From positions 82,336,001 to 82,400,000 of the forward strand of contig JAGIQG010000001.1 of the NCBI GenBank assembly GCA_024679065.1: a stretch of 64,000 nt of DNA. The letters are read 5' to 3'. The first letter of the stretch is position 1, and each line of letters starts with the position of its first letter. Under the pieces are notes generated by a model, which worked only from the letters and a program-made list of their open reading frames with translations, made no database searches and had not been told where the DNA came from. The position numbers were made by a program, and so were the translations under genes. This document shows positions 9,497 to 22,637 of the stretch, piece after piece. The DNA comes from Sphyrna mokarran (lineage: Eukaryota).

Positions 9497-11957
9497 TATT
9501 TGATTCGATTTATTGTTTTTGCATATACTAGTATACAGTGAAAAGTATTGTTTCTTGTGTGCTGTGTAGACAGACCATACCGTTCATAGAGTATGTAGGG
9601 GTGAAGGAAAGGAGAGGGTACAGTATGCACTGATACAGTCATAGCTAGGATGTTGATCAACTTAATATAAGTTAGGTTCAAAATGTCTGATGAAGTCAGA
9701 CATTTAAAAATCTGAAGGCAGCAGGGAAGAAACTGTTCTTGAGTTGGTTGGTACATGATCTCAGATTTTTGTTTCTTTTTCCTGACGGAAGAAGATAGAA
9801 GGGGGTATTCTGGGGTGCATGCTGGCTGCTTTTCCAAGGCAGTGGGAAGTGTAGAGCGAGTCGATGGATGGGACACTGTTGGCGTAATGGACTAAGCTAC
9901 ATTCACAATCCTTTGTAATTTTTTGCAGTCTTGGCAGAGCTGGAGCCATTCATACCAGTTGTGATACATCCGGAAAGGATGCATTCATGGTGCATCTGTA
10001 AGAATTGGTGAAGGTTTTAGTGGACATGCTGAATTTTTTTTGCCTTCTGAGAAAGTAGAAGCTTGGTGGGCTTTCTTAATTATAGCATTGGCATGGAGGG
10101 ACCAGGACAGGTTATTGATGATTTGGACACTTAGAAAATTGAAGTTTTCCACAATATTTACTAAGGAAACTGGCATGGAGTCTATGGAAATAAGCAAACA
10201 AGTAGGGAGGTCATGGAACCTATACAGATTAAAGGGGAGAAGGTGCTTGCTGTCTTGAGGCAAATAAGAATAGTTAAATCCCCAGGACTGGGCAGGGTAT
10301 TCCCTCGGACCTTGAAGGAGACTAGTGTTAAAATTGTAGGGGCACTGGCAGATATATTTAAAATGTCGGTACCCACAGGTGAGGTGCCGGATGATTGGTG
10401 GATAGCTCATGTTTTTCTGTTGTTTAAAAAAGGCTCAAAAAGTAATCCAGGAAATTATAGACTGGTAAGTTTGATGTCAGTAATAGGTAAATTATTGGAA
10501 GGAGTACTAAGAGATAGAATCTACAAATATTTGGATGGACAGGGACTTATTAGGGAGAGTCAACATGGCTTTGTACATGGTAGGTCATGTTTAATCGTTC
10601 TATTAGGCTGTTTCGAGCAGGTTACCAGGAAAATGGATTAAAGAAAGGCAGTGCATGTTGTCTACATGGACTTCAGTAAGGCCTTTGATAAGGTCCCGCA
10701 TGGGAGGTTAGTTAGGAAGCTTCACTCGCTAGGTCTACATGGAGAGGTTGTAAATTGGATTAGACATTGGCTCAATGGAAGAAGCCAGAGATGGTAGTGG
10801 AAGATTGTTTCTCTGAATGGAGGCCTGTGACTAGTGGTGTGCTACAGGGATCAGTGCTGAGTCCATTGTTGTTTGTCATCTAGATAATGATCTGGATGAT
10901 AATGTGGTAAATTGGATCAGCAAATTTTTTGATGATATAAAGATTAGAGGTGTAGTGGACAGTGAGGAAGATTTTCAAAGCTTGCAGAGGGATTTGGACC
11001 AGCTAGAAAAATGGCAGATGGAGTTTAATGCAGACAAGTGTGAGATATTGCACTTTGGAAGGACAAATCAAGGTAGAACAAACAAGGTAAATGGTAGGAC
11101 ACTGAAGAGTGCAGTAGAACAGAAGGAATACATATACATATACATGGGAATACATATACATAATTCCCTAAAAGTGGCGTGACAGGTAGATAGGGTGATA
11201 AAGAGTGCTTTTGGTACATTGGCTTTTATAAATCAAAGTATTGAGTACAAGAGTTGGAATGTTATGGTGAAGTTGTATAACACATTGGTGAGGCTGAATT
11301 TAGAGTATTGTGTGCAGTTTTGGTTACCTAATTACAGGAAGGATATTAATAATAATGAAAGAGTACAGAGAATGTTTACAAGGATATTGCTGGGACTTGA
11401 GAAACTGAGTTACAGAGAAAGATTGAATAGGTTAGGACTTTATTCCCTGGAGTGTAGAAGAATGAGGGGAGATTTGATAGAGGGTATAAAATTATGATGG
11501 GTATAGGTAGAGTGAACGCAAGCAGGCTTTTTTTCTACTAGGGGAAAAAAACTAGAGGACATGGGTTAAGGGTGAAGGGGAAAAGTTTAAAGGGAATATT
11601 AGGGGCAGCTTTTTCACACAGAGAGTGGTGGGAGCTACCAGATGAAGTGGTAAATGCAGACTCACTTTTAACATTTAAGAAAAACATGGATGAGAGGGGT
11701 GTAGAGGGATATGATCCAGGCGCAGGTCAGTGGAACTAGACAGAAAAATGGTTCAGCACAGCCAAGAATGGCCAAAAGGTCTGTTTCTGTGATATAATGT
11801 TCTATGGTTCTATATCCACTTCATCACTGTTGATGTAGATAAGGTATGTCCTCCATGACGTTTATTGAAATTGATGACCATCTCCTTCATTTTACTGACA
11901 TTAAGGAGAGATTATTGTCATCTCACCATTTCACCAGATTCTTTATCTCTTTCCTCC
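9497..11957 (-). mobile_element. Rex/L2-type LINE 3' fragment split by a CR1 (pieces 9497-10150 and 11814-11957)
   Basis: NNLSWSLHANAIIKKAHQ and SIDSLYTSHCLGKAAS motifs. The element continues after the CR1 with LNVSKMKEMVINF. Confidence 0.75.
10153..11813 (+). mobile_element. CR1-type LINE, ORF2 RT region and 3' tail
   Basis: PGNYRLVSLMSVIGKLLE, SQHGFVHGRSCL, ISKFFDD, LEYCVQFW, tail ..gttctatggttctat. Confidence 0.93.
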
Positions 11958-12961
11958 TGATGTTGTCAATATAATTAAACAAACGAGAGAGTACAAATTT
12001 TACTTTAGCAGCGTTGTGCAACAATGTCAATCTGACAGGAAAGTATTCCATTTGTTATTGATACACTGTGTGGATGATATCACTGATTTTGGTGACTATC
12101 TCAGCCTTATTAACATGTTCTGCACATTGCACCATTTGAACATGGTGCAAAATTGGGGGAAAGATTCAATACCCACATAAACTGCACAAAATTATTCCAT
12201 TCTGTGGATGAAATTGAAGACTTTCCCATGCCTGGGTGTATTATATTATTTAATATAATTATTTCATAGTAAGGATAAAATTAGCTTCAATTTTATTAGT
12301 AATCACTCAAGGCCATAAAATCAAATGACTTCTGAGTAACAAATTGGAATGGTTGAATGACATTGATCTCCACTATCAATGAAAAGCATTGGAATCCTTA
12401 AATGTCTCTGTGCAACATAATGCTTAAGAGGCCAAAAGACATAGATTGGATGGTTCACACTTGTGTCTATGTTTGCTTGATCAACAAGTCTGAAGCTCTG
12501 CTGATTGCTGTACAATATATTTTCATTATCCATTATGTAACATAACTTTATTACATTATTTCAAATTTCAAAAATCTCATGAAGGCACCAAGATAGAGTG
12601 GGACAATAGGTAAGCATGCAAAAGGACAAGATTGAAGTCAATGGAAAAACTCTTGAGAATTATTTGTAGGATAAAACAGGTTACTGATTCACGATAAGCC
12701 CATTACATACTCCGGTCCTGGCAATTTCAGCCCAGACCCGCCTCTCTAACAGCAACACCCCCTCCCCCCGCCCCCCAGATCTTGCTCTGTTAAGCAAAAA
12801 TAGTCTCCAACGGACCTCTGTGTATTTGTGTATAAGTGATTGCAAGTGGCAGGACAAGTGGAGAGAACAGTTGATAAAGAATACTCAGTAAAAGTGACTT
12901 GACAATAACAGACCTGGCATCTCCCAAGAAAAATTTTAAGTGCCACATTCATATATAAACT

Positions 12962-13420
12962 GAAGTAAATCCCATTGGTTTTTCAGCGGGATTTTCAAAA
13001 TGGATCTCCAACACTTTGTGCATCACAGAGTGCCCTTGTGTGACCTCAATAAAAATTAGTAGGCAGGTGTATTCCTGCTGAGGAGGCCGGCAGCACAGTG
13101 CTGAGCGGGTCACTGCACATGTATCAATCTATCGGTACTGAGATTGACACACGTGTAGCAACCTGCACTGCCGGTTTCCGGATTGCTGGCCAGCCCCGTG
13201 ACCCCGCAATGTTGCCCTTCCAATCTCCCCACCACCCACTTTTCCAATTGACGGTCTTCCAGATGTTTCTGGGCTGGCTCCGAACGTGTCTCTGCCTCCC
13301 AGCCCGCCTTGATCTCTCCACCTGCACCCTTGGCAGTCCCGATCACCCAAATCTCCCTCTCCTCACCAGCAGCCCAGATCCACTCCCTGCCCCTTCATCG
13401 TTGCCTTCCCCGAACAGCTC
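12962..13420. mobile_element. GC-rich non-autonomous DNA-transposon (MITE-like) fragment
   Basis: aaatcccattggttttcagcgggatttt motif and a C-rich interior resembling other MITE copies in the window. Confidence 0.45.
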
Positions 13421-13424
13421 CGTA

Positions 13425-13756
13425 AGAATAAGTATGGATGAAGTAAATAGAGAGACTGTGAACCTACTTGTGAAAAGGTCAAGAAGAAGTGGGCACAGAT
13501 TTAAAATAATTGGTACTAGAAACAAAAATGATATAAGGAAAACATTAAGATTTGGAATGCACTGCCTGAGAACGTGATGGAGGCAAGTTTAATTGAAGCA
13601 TTTAAAGGAAAATGTTATCTGAAAAGGAAGAATGTGCAGGGTTACAGGAGAAGGCAGTAAAATGGACAAAGTGGATTGCTTGTTTGGAGAGCCAGTGCAG
13701 AAATGATGGGTCGAATGGGCTTCTTCTGTGCTGTAACATTCCTGTGATTCTGTGGC
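13425..13756 (+). mobile_element. CR1 3' end
   Basis: GHRFKIIG region and tail gatgggtcgaatgggcttcttctgtgctgtaacattcctgtgattctgtg. Confidence 0.8.
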
Positions 13757-14454
13757 TTCTATTGTAAAGAATATAAAACAGTTCAAAAGTTTGGTGCGAT
13801 TTAGATTGTTGTAAATTATCATGAAGTTGCATGGAGCAATAACTATGGGGCAAAATGCAATGTTGCAACCGGTAAGTAGAAAAGATAGGTTAGAAAAGAC
13901 AAAAAAGATAGGATAAACTTCAAAACCAAGCCATTCTGGCTGTTCTGTTAGGAACCTATGTGGCACAAACATTGAGTATATTATAGATTCTGCTGAGTTG
14001 GGAAAAATATGGTTAGTGACAGAAGTTATAGTTCAGGGCAGAAAGAACGATCCTGTTAATTTTACTCTACTAATGCATAGTGCTGTGCCACATACAGAAA
14101 AATTAATCTATTAATCAAACAATGAATTCTATGATATCACGTGTTATCATTGCTGTAGACTTAGCGACACGAGGCCAGTTAAGAATAATTACATGGAATG
14201 TATATAATAAAAACATGCTATTCAGTGGAACTACTTAATACTCCACAAGAACCTCCACCCTTCCCTCTCCTCCTGAACCGTCAGCATAATTTTGCATTCC
14301 TTTCTTATTTATATGTTTATCTTTCTCTTAATTACATTTTTGTTATTCACCCCAACTATTCATTGTGTTGGTAAATTCCACATTCAAACCTCACTTTTAT
14401 TTAAAACAGAAATATGTCCTCAATTTCTAATTAAATTATTTATGAGTGTCTCAT

Positions 14455-15755
14455 TATCTAGAACACTGAGTTGGAAAGAAGTGGATGTATTAATGAAAGG
14501 CAACATGGCTTTGTGAAGGGGAAGGCATGTCTCATGAACTTGACTGAGTTTTTTGAGGAAGTGACAAAGATGATTGATGAGGGTAGGGCAGTGGATGTTG
14601 TCTACATGGACTTCAGTAAGGCCTTTGACAAGGTTCCTCATGCCAGACTGATGCAGAAGCTGAAGTCGTATGGCATCAAGGTGGATACAATACAGGTTCG
14701 GTCAAAGACAGAGGGGAGCAGTGAGAGGGTGCATTTCTGAATGGAGGGGTGTGACAAGTGGCATTCCTTATGGATCAGTGCTCGGACTTTTGCTATTTGT
14801 AATATCTATAAATGATTTGGAGGAAAATGTAACTGAATTGATTAGTAAGTTTGCAGATGACACAAAGGTTGATGGATTTGCGGATAGCAATGAGGACCAT
14901 CGGAGGATGCAGCAGGATATAGATCAGTTGGTGAGTTGGGTGGAAAGATGGCAGATGGAATTTAATCCAGACAAATGTGAGGTAATGCATTTTGAAAGAT
15001 CTAATACAGATAGGAAATATACAATAAATGACAGAATCCTTAAGAGTATTGATAGGCAAAGGGATCTGGGTATACAGGTACACAGGTCGCTGAAAGTGGC
15101 AATGCAGATGGAAAAGGTAGTCAAGAAGGCATATCGCATGCTTGCTTTCATTGGCCAGGGTTTAAAAATTGCGTTTAAAAATTGGCAAGTCATGTTTCAG
15201 CTTTATAGAACCTTAGTAGGCTGCACTTGGAATATAGTGTTCAATTCTGGCGGCCATACTACCAGAAGGATGTGAAGGTTTTGTAGAGGGTACAAAAACA
15301 ATTTACCACAATGTTACCTAGTATGGAGGGCATAGCTATGAGGAGAGATTGGAGAAACTTGGTTTGTTCTCACTGGAGCGAAGTAGGTTGAGGAGCGACT
15401 TGATAGAAGTTATAAGATTATGAGAAGCTTGGACAGAGTGGATAGTCAGAAGCTTTTTCCCAGAGTGGAAGAGCCAATTACTATGGGACGTAGGTTTTAG
15501 ATACGAGGGACAAGGTTTAAGAGTTGTACTAGGTAGATTATTTGCACAGAGAATAGTGGGTGTCTGGAACTTGTTGCCGGGGAAGGTAGCGGAAGTGACT
15601 TTTAAGAGGTGTTGTGACAAGTGCACAAATACTATGGGAATAGAGCGACATGGACCCCGGAAGGGTGGGGGATTTTGGTTAAGTTGGGCAGCATGGTTAC
15701 AGCAGGCTTGGAGGGCCGAAGAGCCTGTTCCTGTGCTGTAATTTTTTTGTTCTTT
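14455..15755 (+). mobile_element. CR1-type LINE, RT region and 3' tail
   Basis: QHGFVKGKACLMNL, AVDVVYMDFSKAFDKVPH, GIPYGSVLG, SKFADDTK, WQMEFNPDKCE. Confidence 0.93.
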
Positions 15756-16039
15756 GCTCTTTTGGCCACCCCATAGTATGTCTACCCTACCAAATCCTTC
15801 TCTTATTTTAAAGAAGCCTATCAGGTTCGGTTTTCCTTTTCGAGGAAAAACAAGCCTGAATCATCAACTGTTCCTGGTAATTATAACAAATCAGCTATGG
15901 TATCATCTTTGTAAAACTTTTCTGATGGCTTGTTTCGTTTCTATAATGTGGAGACTAACTACATACAGTACTCTGAATTTTCCTTCCATATGGTATCTAA
16001 CTGTACAGCAAGTGCAACAGGCCGTTTGGCTGAACAAGG

Positions 16040-16390
16040 GAACGTGATGGCCTAGCGGTATTATCACTAGACTATTAATTCACAAACTCAGCTAATATTT
16101 TGGGGACCCAGGGTTCGAATCCTGTCATGGCAATGGATGGAATTTGAATTCAATAAAAAATAGCTGGAATTGAGAATCCACTGATGACCGTGAAACCATT
16201 GTCGATTGTTGGAAAAGACCAGCCGGTTCGCTAATGTCCTGTAGGCAAGGAAAATTCCCATCCTTACCCGATCTGACCAAAATGTGCCTCCAGACCCACA
16301 GCAATGTGATTGACTCTCAGTTGCCCTCAGGATGGGCAATAAATGCTGGCCAGCGAGTGTTGCCATGTCCCATGAAAGAATAAAAGAAAA
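16040..16390 (+). mobile_element. tRNA-derived SINE (second family) with a LINE-derived tail
   Basis: A box tggcctagcggt, B box ggttcgaatcc, tail ggatgggcaataaatgctggcc..cccatgaaagaataaaa. Confidence 0.8.
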
Positions 16391-16744
16391 CAAGCCTGAA
16401 CTGGTGTTCACTCTTCACTGGGACAATAGCCCCTGAACCATGTGTTCATTTTGTTCCATATTTCTTTTGTAAAATTTTCTATCTATTTTGACATTTTTAA
16501 TCTATTTTGGAGCTGTTTCATTTTTTAAAGCCATTTCTTGCACTGACAGGATGGTACTGTTTCTTTGCTAATAGCATTGAGCACTCTGCCAGAATTAAAT
16601 AATAAATATTGACTTTTCTAGCACCTAAGGGCTCGAATTGATTTTGACAGTAATTCTGATTAGTCTAGAAATGCTCGTTCCAAATATTCTTTGATGAAAC
16701 ATAAAAGGATTTTACAATGAGTTTGAAGCCGTAGATGAATGACA

Positions 16745-18056
16745 TTAGTTAGCTATGTCCTGTCCCTAAAAATCCTGACAAATCCACACTGGGCAATTAC
16801 CACGTCATCTCTCTGTTCCCTTCATTAACAAAGTAATGGATGGTGTCATCAATAGTGCTATCAAGTGGCATTTGCGTGGCCATAACCTGTTAACTGATGC
16901 TCATTCCACTTTCAGCACCTGACCTCATTACAATCTTAGTTCAAACACAGATGAAAGAGCTGAACACCAGAGATGAGGCGAGAGTGACTGCCCTTGCATC
17001 AAGGAACCCTAGCAAAACTGGAGTCTATGGAATTGAGTAAAAGCTCTTCATTCTTTGGAGTCATACCTAGCACAAAGGATTTTAATTGTTAGGTGTCAGT
17101 CATCTCAGTCCCAGGGCATCACTGCAGGGGTTCATCAGGTTAGAATTTAGGCTTAATCATCTTCACTTGATATATCAATTACCTTCCCTCCATCATAAGG
17201 TCAAAAGTGGGAATGTTCACTGATGATTGCACAATGTTCCACACCATTCGCCATTCCTCAGATTCTGAAGCAGTCCATGTCCAAATGCAACAAGACCTCG
17301 AAAATATTAAGTCTTAGGCAAGCAAATAACATGCACACCAACAAGTGCCAGGCAATGACCATCTCCAACAAGGGAAAATTCAACCATCTGCCTTGAAATT
17401 CATTGGCATTACCAGTGTTGAACCCCCACTATCAACCAGAAACTGAATTAGTCTAGCCATAAAGCATTGTGGCTACAAAGCTGAGCATTTTGCAATAGAT
17501 AACTCACCTAATAATTCCCCAAACCTGTCCACCATCTGAAAGGCACAAGACAGGAATGTGATGGAATGCTTTTCACTTGCCTCAATGAGGGCAACTCTAA
17601 CACTACTCAAGGAGATCAACACCATCCAGGACAAAGCAGCCCACCTAATTGGCACTCATCTAGAAACATTCATTCCATCCACTATGGATATACACTGGCA
17701 GCAGTATGTACCATGTTCAAGAAGCACCTCACCAACTCACCAAGGCTCCTTGGACAGCATCTTCCAAACCTACCACTATTACCATCTGGAAGGGCAAGGC
17801 ATTAAATAAATAGGACACCACTACCTGTAAGTTGTCTTCTTGTGCCTCACCATCCTGACTTGGAAATATATCGCTATTCCTTCACTGTCGTTGGGTGAAA
17901 ATCCTGGAACTCCCTCTGTAACAGCATTATGGGTTTACTTACAACATGTGGACTGTAGCAGTTCAAGAAAGTAGCTCATCAACACCTTCTCAAGAGCAAT
18001 AAGGATGGGCAAGAAACACTGGCCTAGCCACTGATGCCCATGCCCCATGAAAGGAT
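16745..18056 (+). mobile_element. Second LINE family (CR1/L2 superclade), decayed RT region and 3' tail
   Basis: MFTDDCTMF, LKEINTIQDKAAHLIG, tail ggatgggcaagaaacactggcc..cccatgaa. Confidence 0.8.
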
Positions 18057-18214
18057 CTTTTAAAATCTATTTTTCTGTTAGATTTTTCAACAAATTCCAT
18101 CAATATAAAAGGATCCTGTAACAAGAGTTTTCCTCTGCATCAGATAAGTTTAAATTCTGTCATAACTAAGTACAATTGAGGGCAGATTTGGGGAGAAATT
18201 TTTTTGTGTTTTAC

Positions 18215-18485
18215 TCATGCCATTTACCACCTAGAACAACAAAGGCAACAGACACATGGGAACATCACCACCTGCGAGTTCCCCTCCATGTCACATAATC
18301 TTAGATATGTATTATCGTTCTTTTACTGTCACTGGGTCAAAATTCTAGAAGTCCCTTTTGAACAATACTGCAGGTATACCTGCAACACACGAACTACACA
18401 TAGTTCAAGAAGATGACATAACATCACAAGGGCAAGAAATGCTGACCATGCCAGCAATGTTCACATTCCATGAAATAATTTAAAA
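18215..18485 (+). mobile_element. 3' end of the second LINE family
   Basis: Colinear with 17780-18056 (ccacctagaac..catgggaacatcaccacctgcgagttcccc..ttcaagaag). Confidence 0.7.
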
Positions 18486-18829
18486 AAAGACTCCAGAAAT
18501 TCCAAGCAACCAAAGTTTTCAGGTGCCTCTTGGTCTTAGAATCAGTCGGAAGAGAACTCAAAACATGATCATCACCGTATTACTTAAAATGCTCGTTAAG
18601 CATCTCTGGAAGATGCTTTAAATGTATGCTGCATTCATATTTAAATAAAATCCTGCCTTGGAGAGAGCTCTTTTGGAAAACTAGTACCTGAGAGCATTTG
18701 GTTTGTTTCTTCTTAAGGCTGACAGGAAATCATGCCATAAACTTTCAGAAGGCAGGTGGAAGCAGATAAAACTCGAGATATTAGTTTTTGTTGTTTGGAA
18801 TTCCTGGAGCCTTTTTTAAATTATATCAT

Positions 18830-19630
18830 GGAATGTGAACATCCAAGGCAGGATATTATGTGACTTGGAGGGGAATTTGCAAAAAGTGGTGTTCTCATGT
18901 GTGTGTTGCCCTTGTTTCCCAGGTAGTAGGGAGTATAGATTTGAAAGATGCTGCAAAATGGCCTTTGTGTATCCCTGCAATGCATCTTCCAGATGATGCT
19001 ACTATGCAGCACCAGTGGGGGAAAATAATTATTAAGATTTTGGGTGGAGTGCCGATGAAGTGGGCTGCTTTGTTTTGGATCTCAGGTTTTAGAGTGTTAT
19101 TGGAGCAGCATTCATCCAGGCAAGTGGAGAGCATTGCATCACAATCTTGACTTGTGCCTTGTAGTCCACATGGTGGAGTGGATTGGGAGTCAGGGGTTGA
19201 GTTAGTTACTGCAGAATTTCCAACCTTGTAGCACTTATTTATATGGCTAGTCCAATTTAGTTTCTGGTCAGTCATAACTAGGATGTTGATAGTTGAGGAT
19301 TCAGCACTGATAATGCTAATGATGGATAGGTTTTGGGGATCTAGGTTTGTTACTTGCTACAGAATTTCCAACCTCTGACCAGCTCTAATGGCCACATCAA
19401 TTATGTGGCTGCTTCAGTTGTCTCTCTGGTCAATGGTAAACTACATGATATTGATGGGAGGACTTCAAGGGGAGATGACTAGTGTTACAAAGTGTCATTC
19501 TGAGTACATTGAGTTCCTATAAGCCTTTGTCCTACCTTTATTGTGGTCTTAAGTTACCACAGGCAGCTTATCTCTTATTGGAGATAGTAATTGCCTGACA
19601 TCTGTGTTTTGTGAATGTTACTTGCTGCTT
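18830..19630 (-). mobile_element. Second LINE family fragments, antisense
   Basis: ORF 18895-19275 gives DQKLNWTSHIN..IQNKAAHFIGTP. Confidence 0.7.
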
Positions 19631-19779
19631 ATTGGCCTAAATATTATGCGCTGATTGAGTTTAGAAAGCTTTTCACACGAAATAGATGTTGGAGAGCTGA
19701 CGTTTGGTTGCAGATGCACTCTGGCTGCGGGTGTTCTGCAAAACAGAGGAAGAGGTGCCAATGACTATGTTATAATGAG

Positions 19780-21948
19780 GCCAATTTACAATGGGGCACT
19801 CGAGGGCCGCGAAAATTGCTAATCAAAGGGATTTGCGCGTGCGTTTCTCTGAAGAAAGGATATCCAGTGCAGTCAGGGCCACGCTGGAAACCAGTGGGAA
19901 CAGCAGGTAATTTATTTTAATCCTATTTTAATGTAATTTAAATGTCATTATTAGGCCTGGGACTGAATTCTCAGGGCCCGATAGCACCTCACACCTTGGC
20001 AGTACAATTTCATGCCAGTGGGGTTTAGAGTAACACCCCACTTTCAGGAAATTAGGGGGAAAACCCACTGGATGAAGGGGAGGCAATTGGGCTCCCCAGT
20101 GGGTCGTATGGTGGGGGATGGTGCCCCCATGTGTTTGGATGATGTACATGTGGAAACTGTGAGATGTGAGTGTGATACTTCCAATATTACCAAGTGCATC
20201 CTGGCAATGCCAACCTGTGCTCCCCGGCACTGCCCAAGTGGCGAAGTGTCCATACTCAGGGTGCATCTTGGCATTGTCCACTGAGCATAGGACAGTGCCA
20301 AGGGTGTGGTGCCTATGGGGTGGGGCCTAGGAACGATTGGGGGGATGGGGGGGGGGGGAACACATTGTCACTCTGCCATCGGGGATTGTTTGAAGTTGGA
20401 GGGAGGCCAGCAATTGGGATAGGCTGGGGGGAGGGTGGTTTACCGGGGTGGATCTACCTTCTGGGGGCGGGGAGTGGGGAGGAGGGAGGTTGGTTACTGG
20501 GCTGTGGGGGGGGGGGGGGGTGGAATCAACACTGGAGGGGAAAAAGGGGAAAAGGGGACTGGAGTTTGGGGCATTCTTGGATGGGGGAGTGAAGTTGAGG
20601 CTGGCCCGGGAATGCTCACGGGGGCTGCAATTGGGCTCTGATCAGGATATGGGGGGAGCTGGGTGGAGGGATGGGTGTCAGCAAACAGGAGGTTCACAGT
20701 TCAGGATGACTGCACATGCCGAATTGTCAGACTCTGGTGTGAATAGGCCTTGCTCCCCAGGGTTTTTAATGATATTCACGATTGTGAGCTCTGCATTGCG
20801 CAGAGTATGGGAGATTCAAGTGTGAACCCTCATTGAAAGAAACTCCCATCACAACCCACAAATTTCCTGGTAGGTTTGGTCGGGAGAATTGTGTGCTGGT
20901 CATTTCATGGGACTCGCGCGTGTGTGTATGTATCCCAGAGCCAGGAAACATGCGCAGTCGGGATCTCACTGGAAACTGATGGGAAGAGAGGTGAGTGATT
21001 TTAATTTGTTTTAGATATATATTTTAAACGTAGTTTAAATGCAATTATCAGGCCTGGCACGGAACCTGCCATGCCCAATAGCATCTCCCATCTTCCAGGA
21101 GTATTTCATTTCGATGGGGTTTACACTAGCTCCCCACCTTCGGGGAAAGAGTGGGAGACGTTGCCAGGGTGAAGGGGGGACAATCAGGGTCCCCCGGGGG
21201 GGTTGAGCATTGGGGGTTACCCCATGGCATGGGCACCCTGGCATTACCAGTATGTGCCCCCTGGCATTGCCCAAGTGGCAAAACACCCATGGCTTGGGGA
21301 ATGCCAAGGGGAGTGGAGCTTATTGTGGGTAAGACTTAGAGGGTCATTGGTGGGGGTAGATATGGAGGAGTGGGGCGTCCCACTGCCAATCTGCATGGGG
21401 ATTGGTATGGGCTGGAGGCAGGAGAGTGATTGGGGTGGGCTGCAGGTAGGGAAGCTGCCTCCCATCGTGGAGGTCTGCCTCCGGAGCTGGGGCGAGGTGT
21501 TGGTCTGCCGGGGGTTGGGGGGCTTGCTGTGGAGGTGGGGGTGGGGTCAGGTCGCCACTGCTGGGATTGGGCACTCCGGGAAGAGGCAGCTGGTCTGGGA
21601 ATTGTCATCGAGGCCGTGATCAGGCCGTGTGAGGGGCTGGAAGAGCAGCACTGCGGGAAGTCCCAGGCTGGCCAGCAAATGGGGAGTCTGACCAATCGGG
21701 ACCACTGTACATGCACAGAGTTCCAGAAGTTAAACTTTGGCACAAATAGGCCCCCCCACCCCTGTCCTGGGGGATTTTAATGATATTCATGTTTGGGACC
21801 CGATTTGCACTGAAAATTCTACTGTGAACTCCTATTCAGCACTTTTGGGAGATTCGTTCCCCCTGCCCTCCCCTGCCAACAATTGTGATTTACACCAGTA
21901 TTTCTGCATATTAAGCACTTAGAAAATTTTTTTGGGAAAATCACCCCC
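19780..21948. mobile_element. Two adjacent GC-rich MITE-like (Harbinger-type) units
   Basis: Similar architecture occurs twice (~19850-20850 and ~20930-21948) with G-rich interiors and GGCANTGCC motifs. The right end tgggaaaatcaccccc resembles the TIR at 63305-63320. Confidence 0.65.
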
Positions 21949-22288
21949 ATGTGTTTGGATGATGTGCATGTGGAAACTGTGAGATGTGAGTGTGATACTT
22001 CCAATACTACTAAGTGCATGATGGTGAGGGGGAAGCATATGTTTGCTATGGATTGCTGGATTTATGGAGTGATGATATATGTGCATTAATCAGTGTGTGA
22101 GACTAGTGGGACAGTTGATAAGATGTGGCATTTGAAGATGAATTAATTGACCTCCATCATCGAATGTGAGATCATTGAATATTTTCCAACATCTCAGGCC
22201 CATTGTGCTGGAGTTGATCTCCATGGCTATCTGTTCCTCCAGTTTCTGTGTAAACTGCCTCCTGGATCCTTGTGGATAGATTACCTTT

Positions 22289-22588
22289 GGGCTGCACAAT
22301 GGCACAATGGTTAGCACTGCTGTCTCACGGCACCAGGGTCTCGGGTTCAATTCCATCCATGAGTTTCTGTCTGTGTGGAGTTTGCATATTTTCCCTGTGT
22401 CAGCGTTTGCACATTTTCCTCTGGGTGCTCCGGTTTCCACTCACAGTTCAAATATGTGTAGATTAGTTGGATTAGCCATGGTATCTGTGTTTGTCTTTGG
22501 GGAGAAGGTTTGGGTAACATACTGTGTCAGATATTGATATGAACTCAATGGGCAAGTGGCCTCCTTCTGCACTGTGGAGATTCTATGA
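22289..22588 (+). mobile_element. V-SINE (HE1-like), tail type A
   Basis: ggcacaatggttagcactgc head, V core, tail ggcctccttctgcactgtggagattctatg. Confidence 0.85.
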
Positions 22589-22637
22589 ACCTTTCTTTCC
22601 TCTGTAAAGTATCTAACCTTAATGATAATACTGAGCA

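Noticed and set aside
16045-16165. tRNA gene
   Set aside because: The A/B-box-like motifs continue into a SINE body and LINE-type tail, with no cloverleaf; the same applies to the other SINE heads.
19928-21780. Dense overlapping Gly/Pro-rich ORFs
   Set aside because: They are by-products of GC-rich, stop-poor MITE sequence, with no recognisable domain or splice structure.
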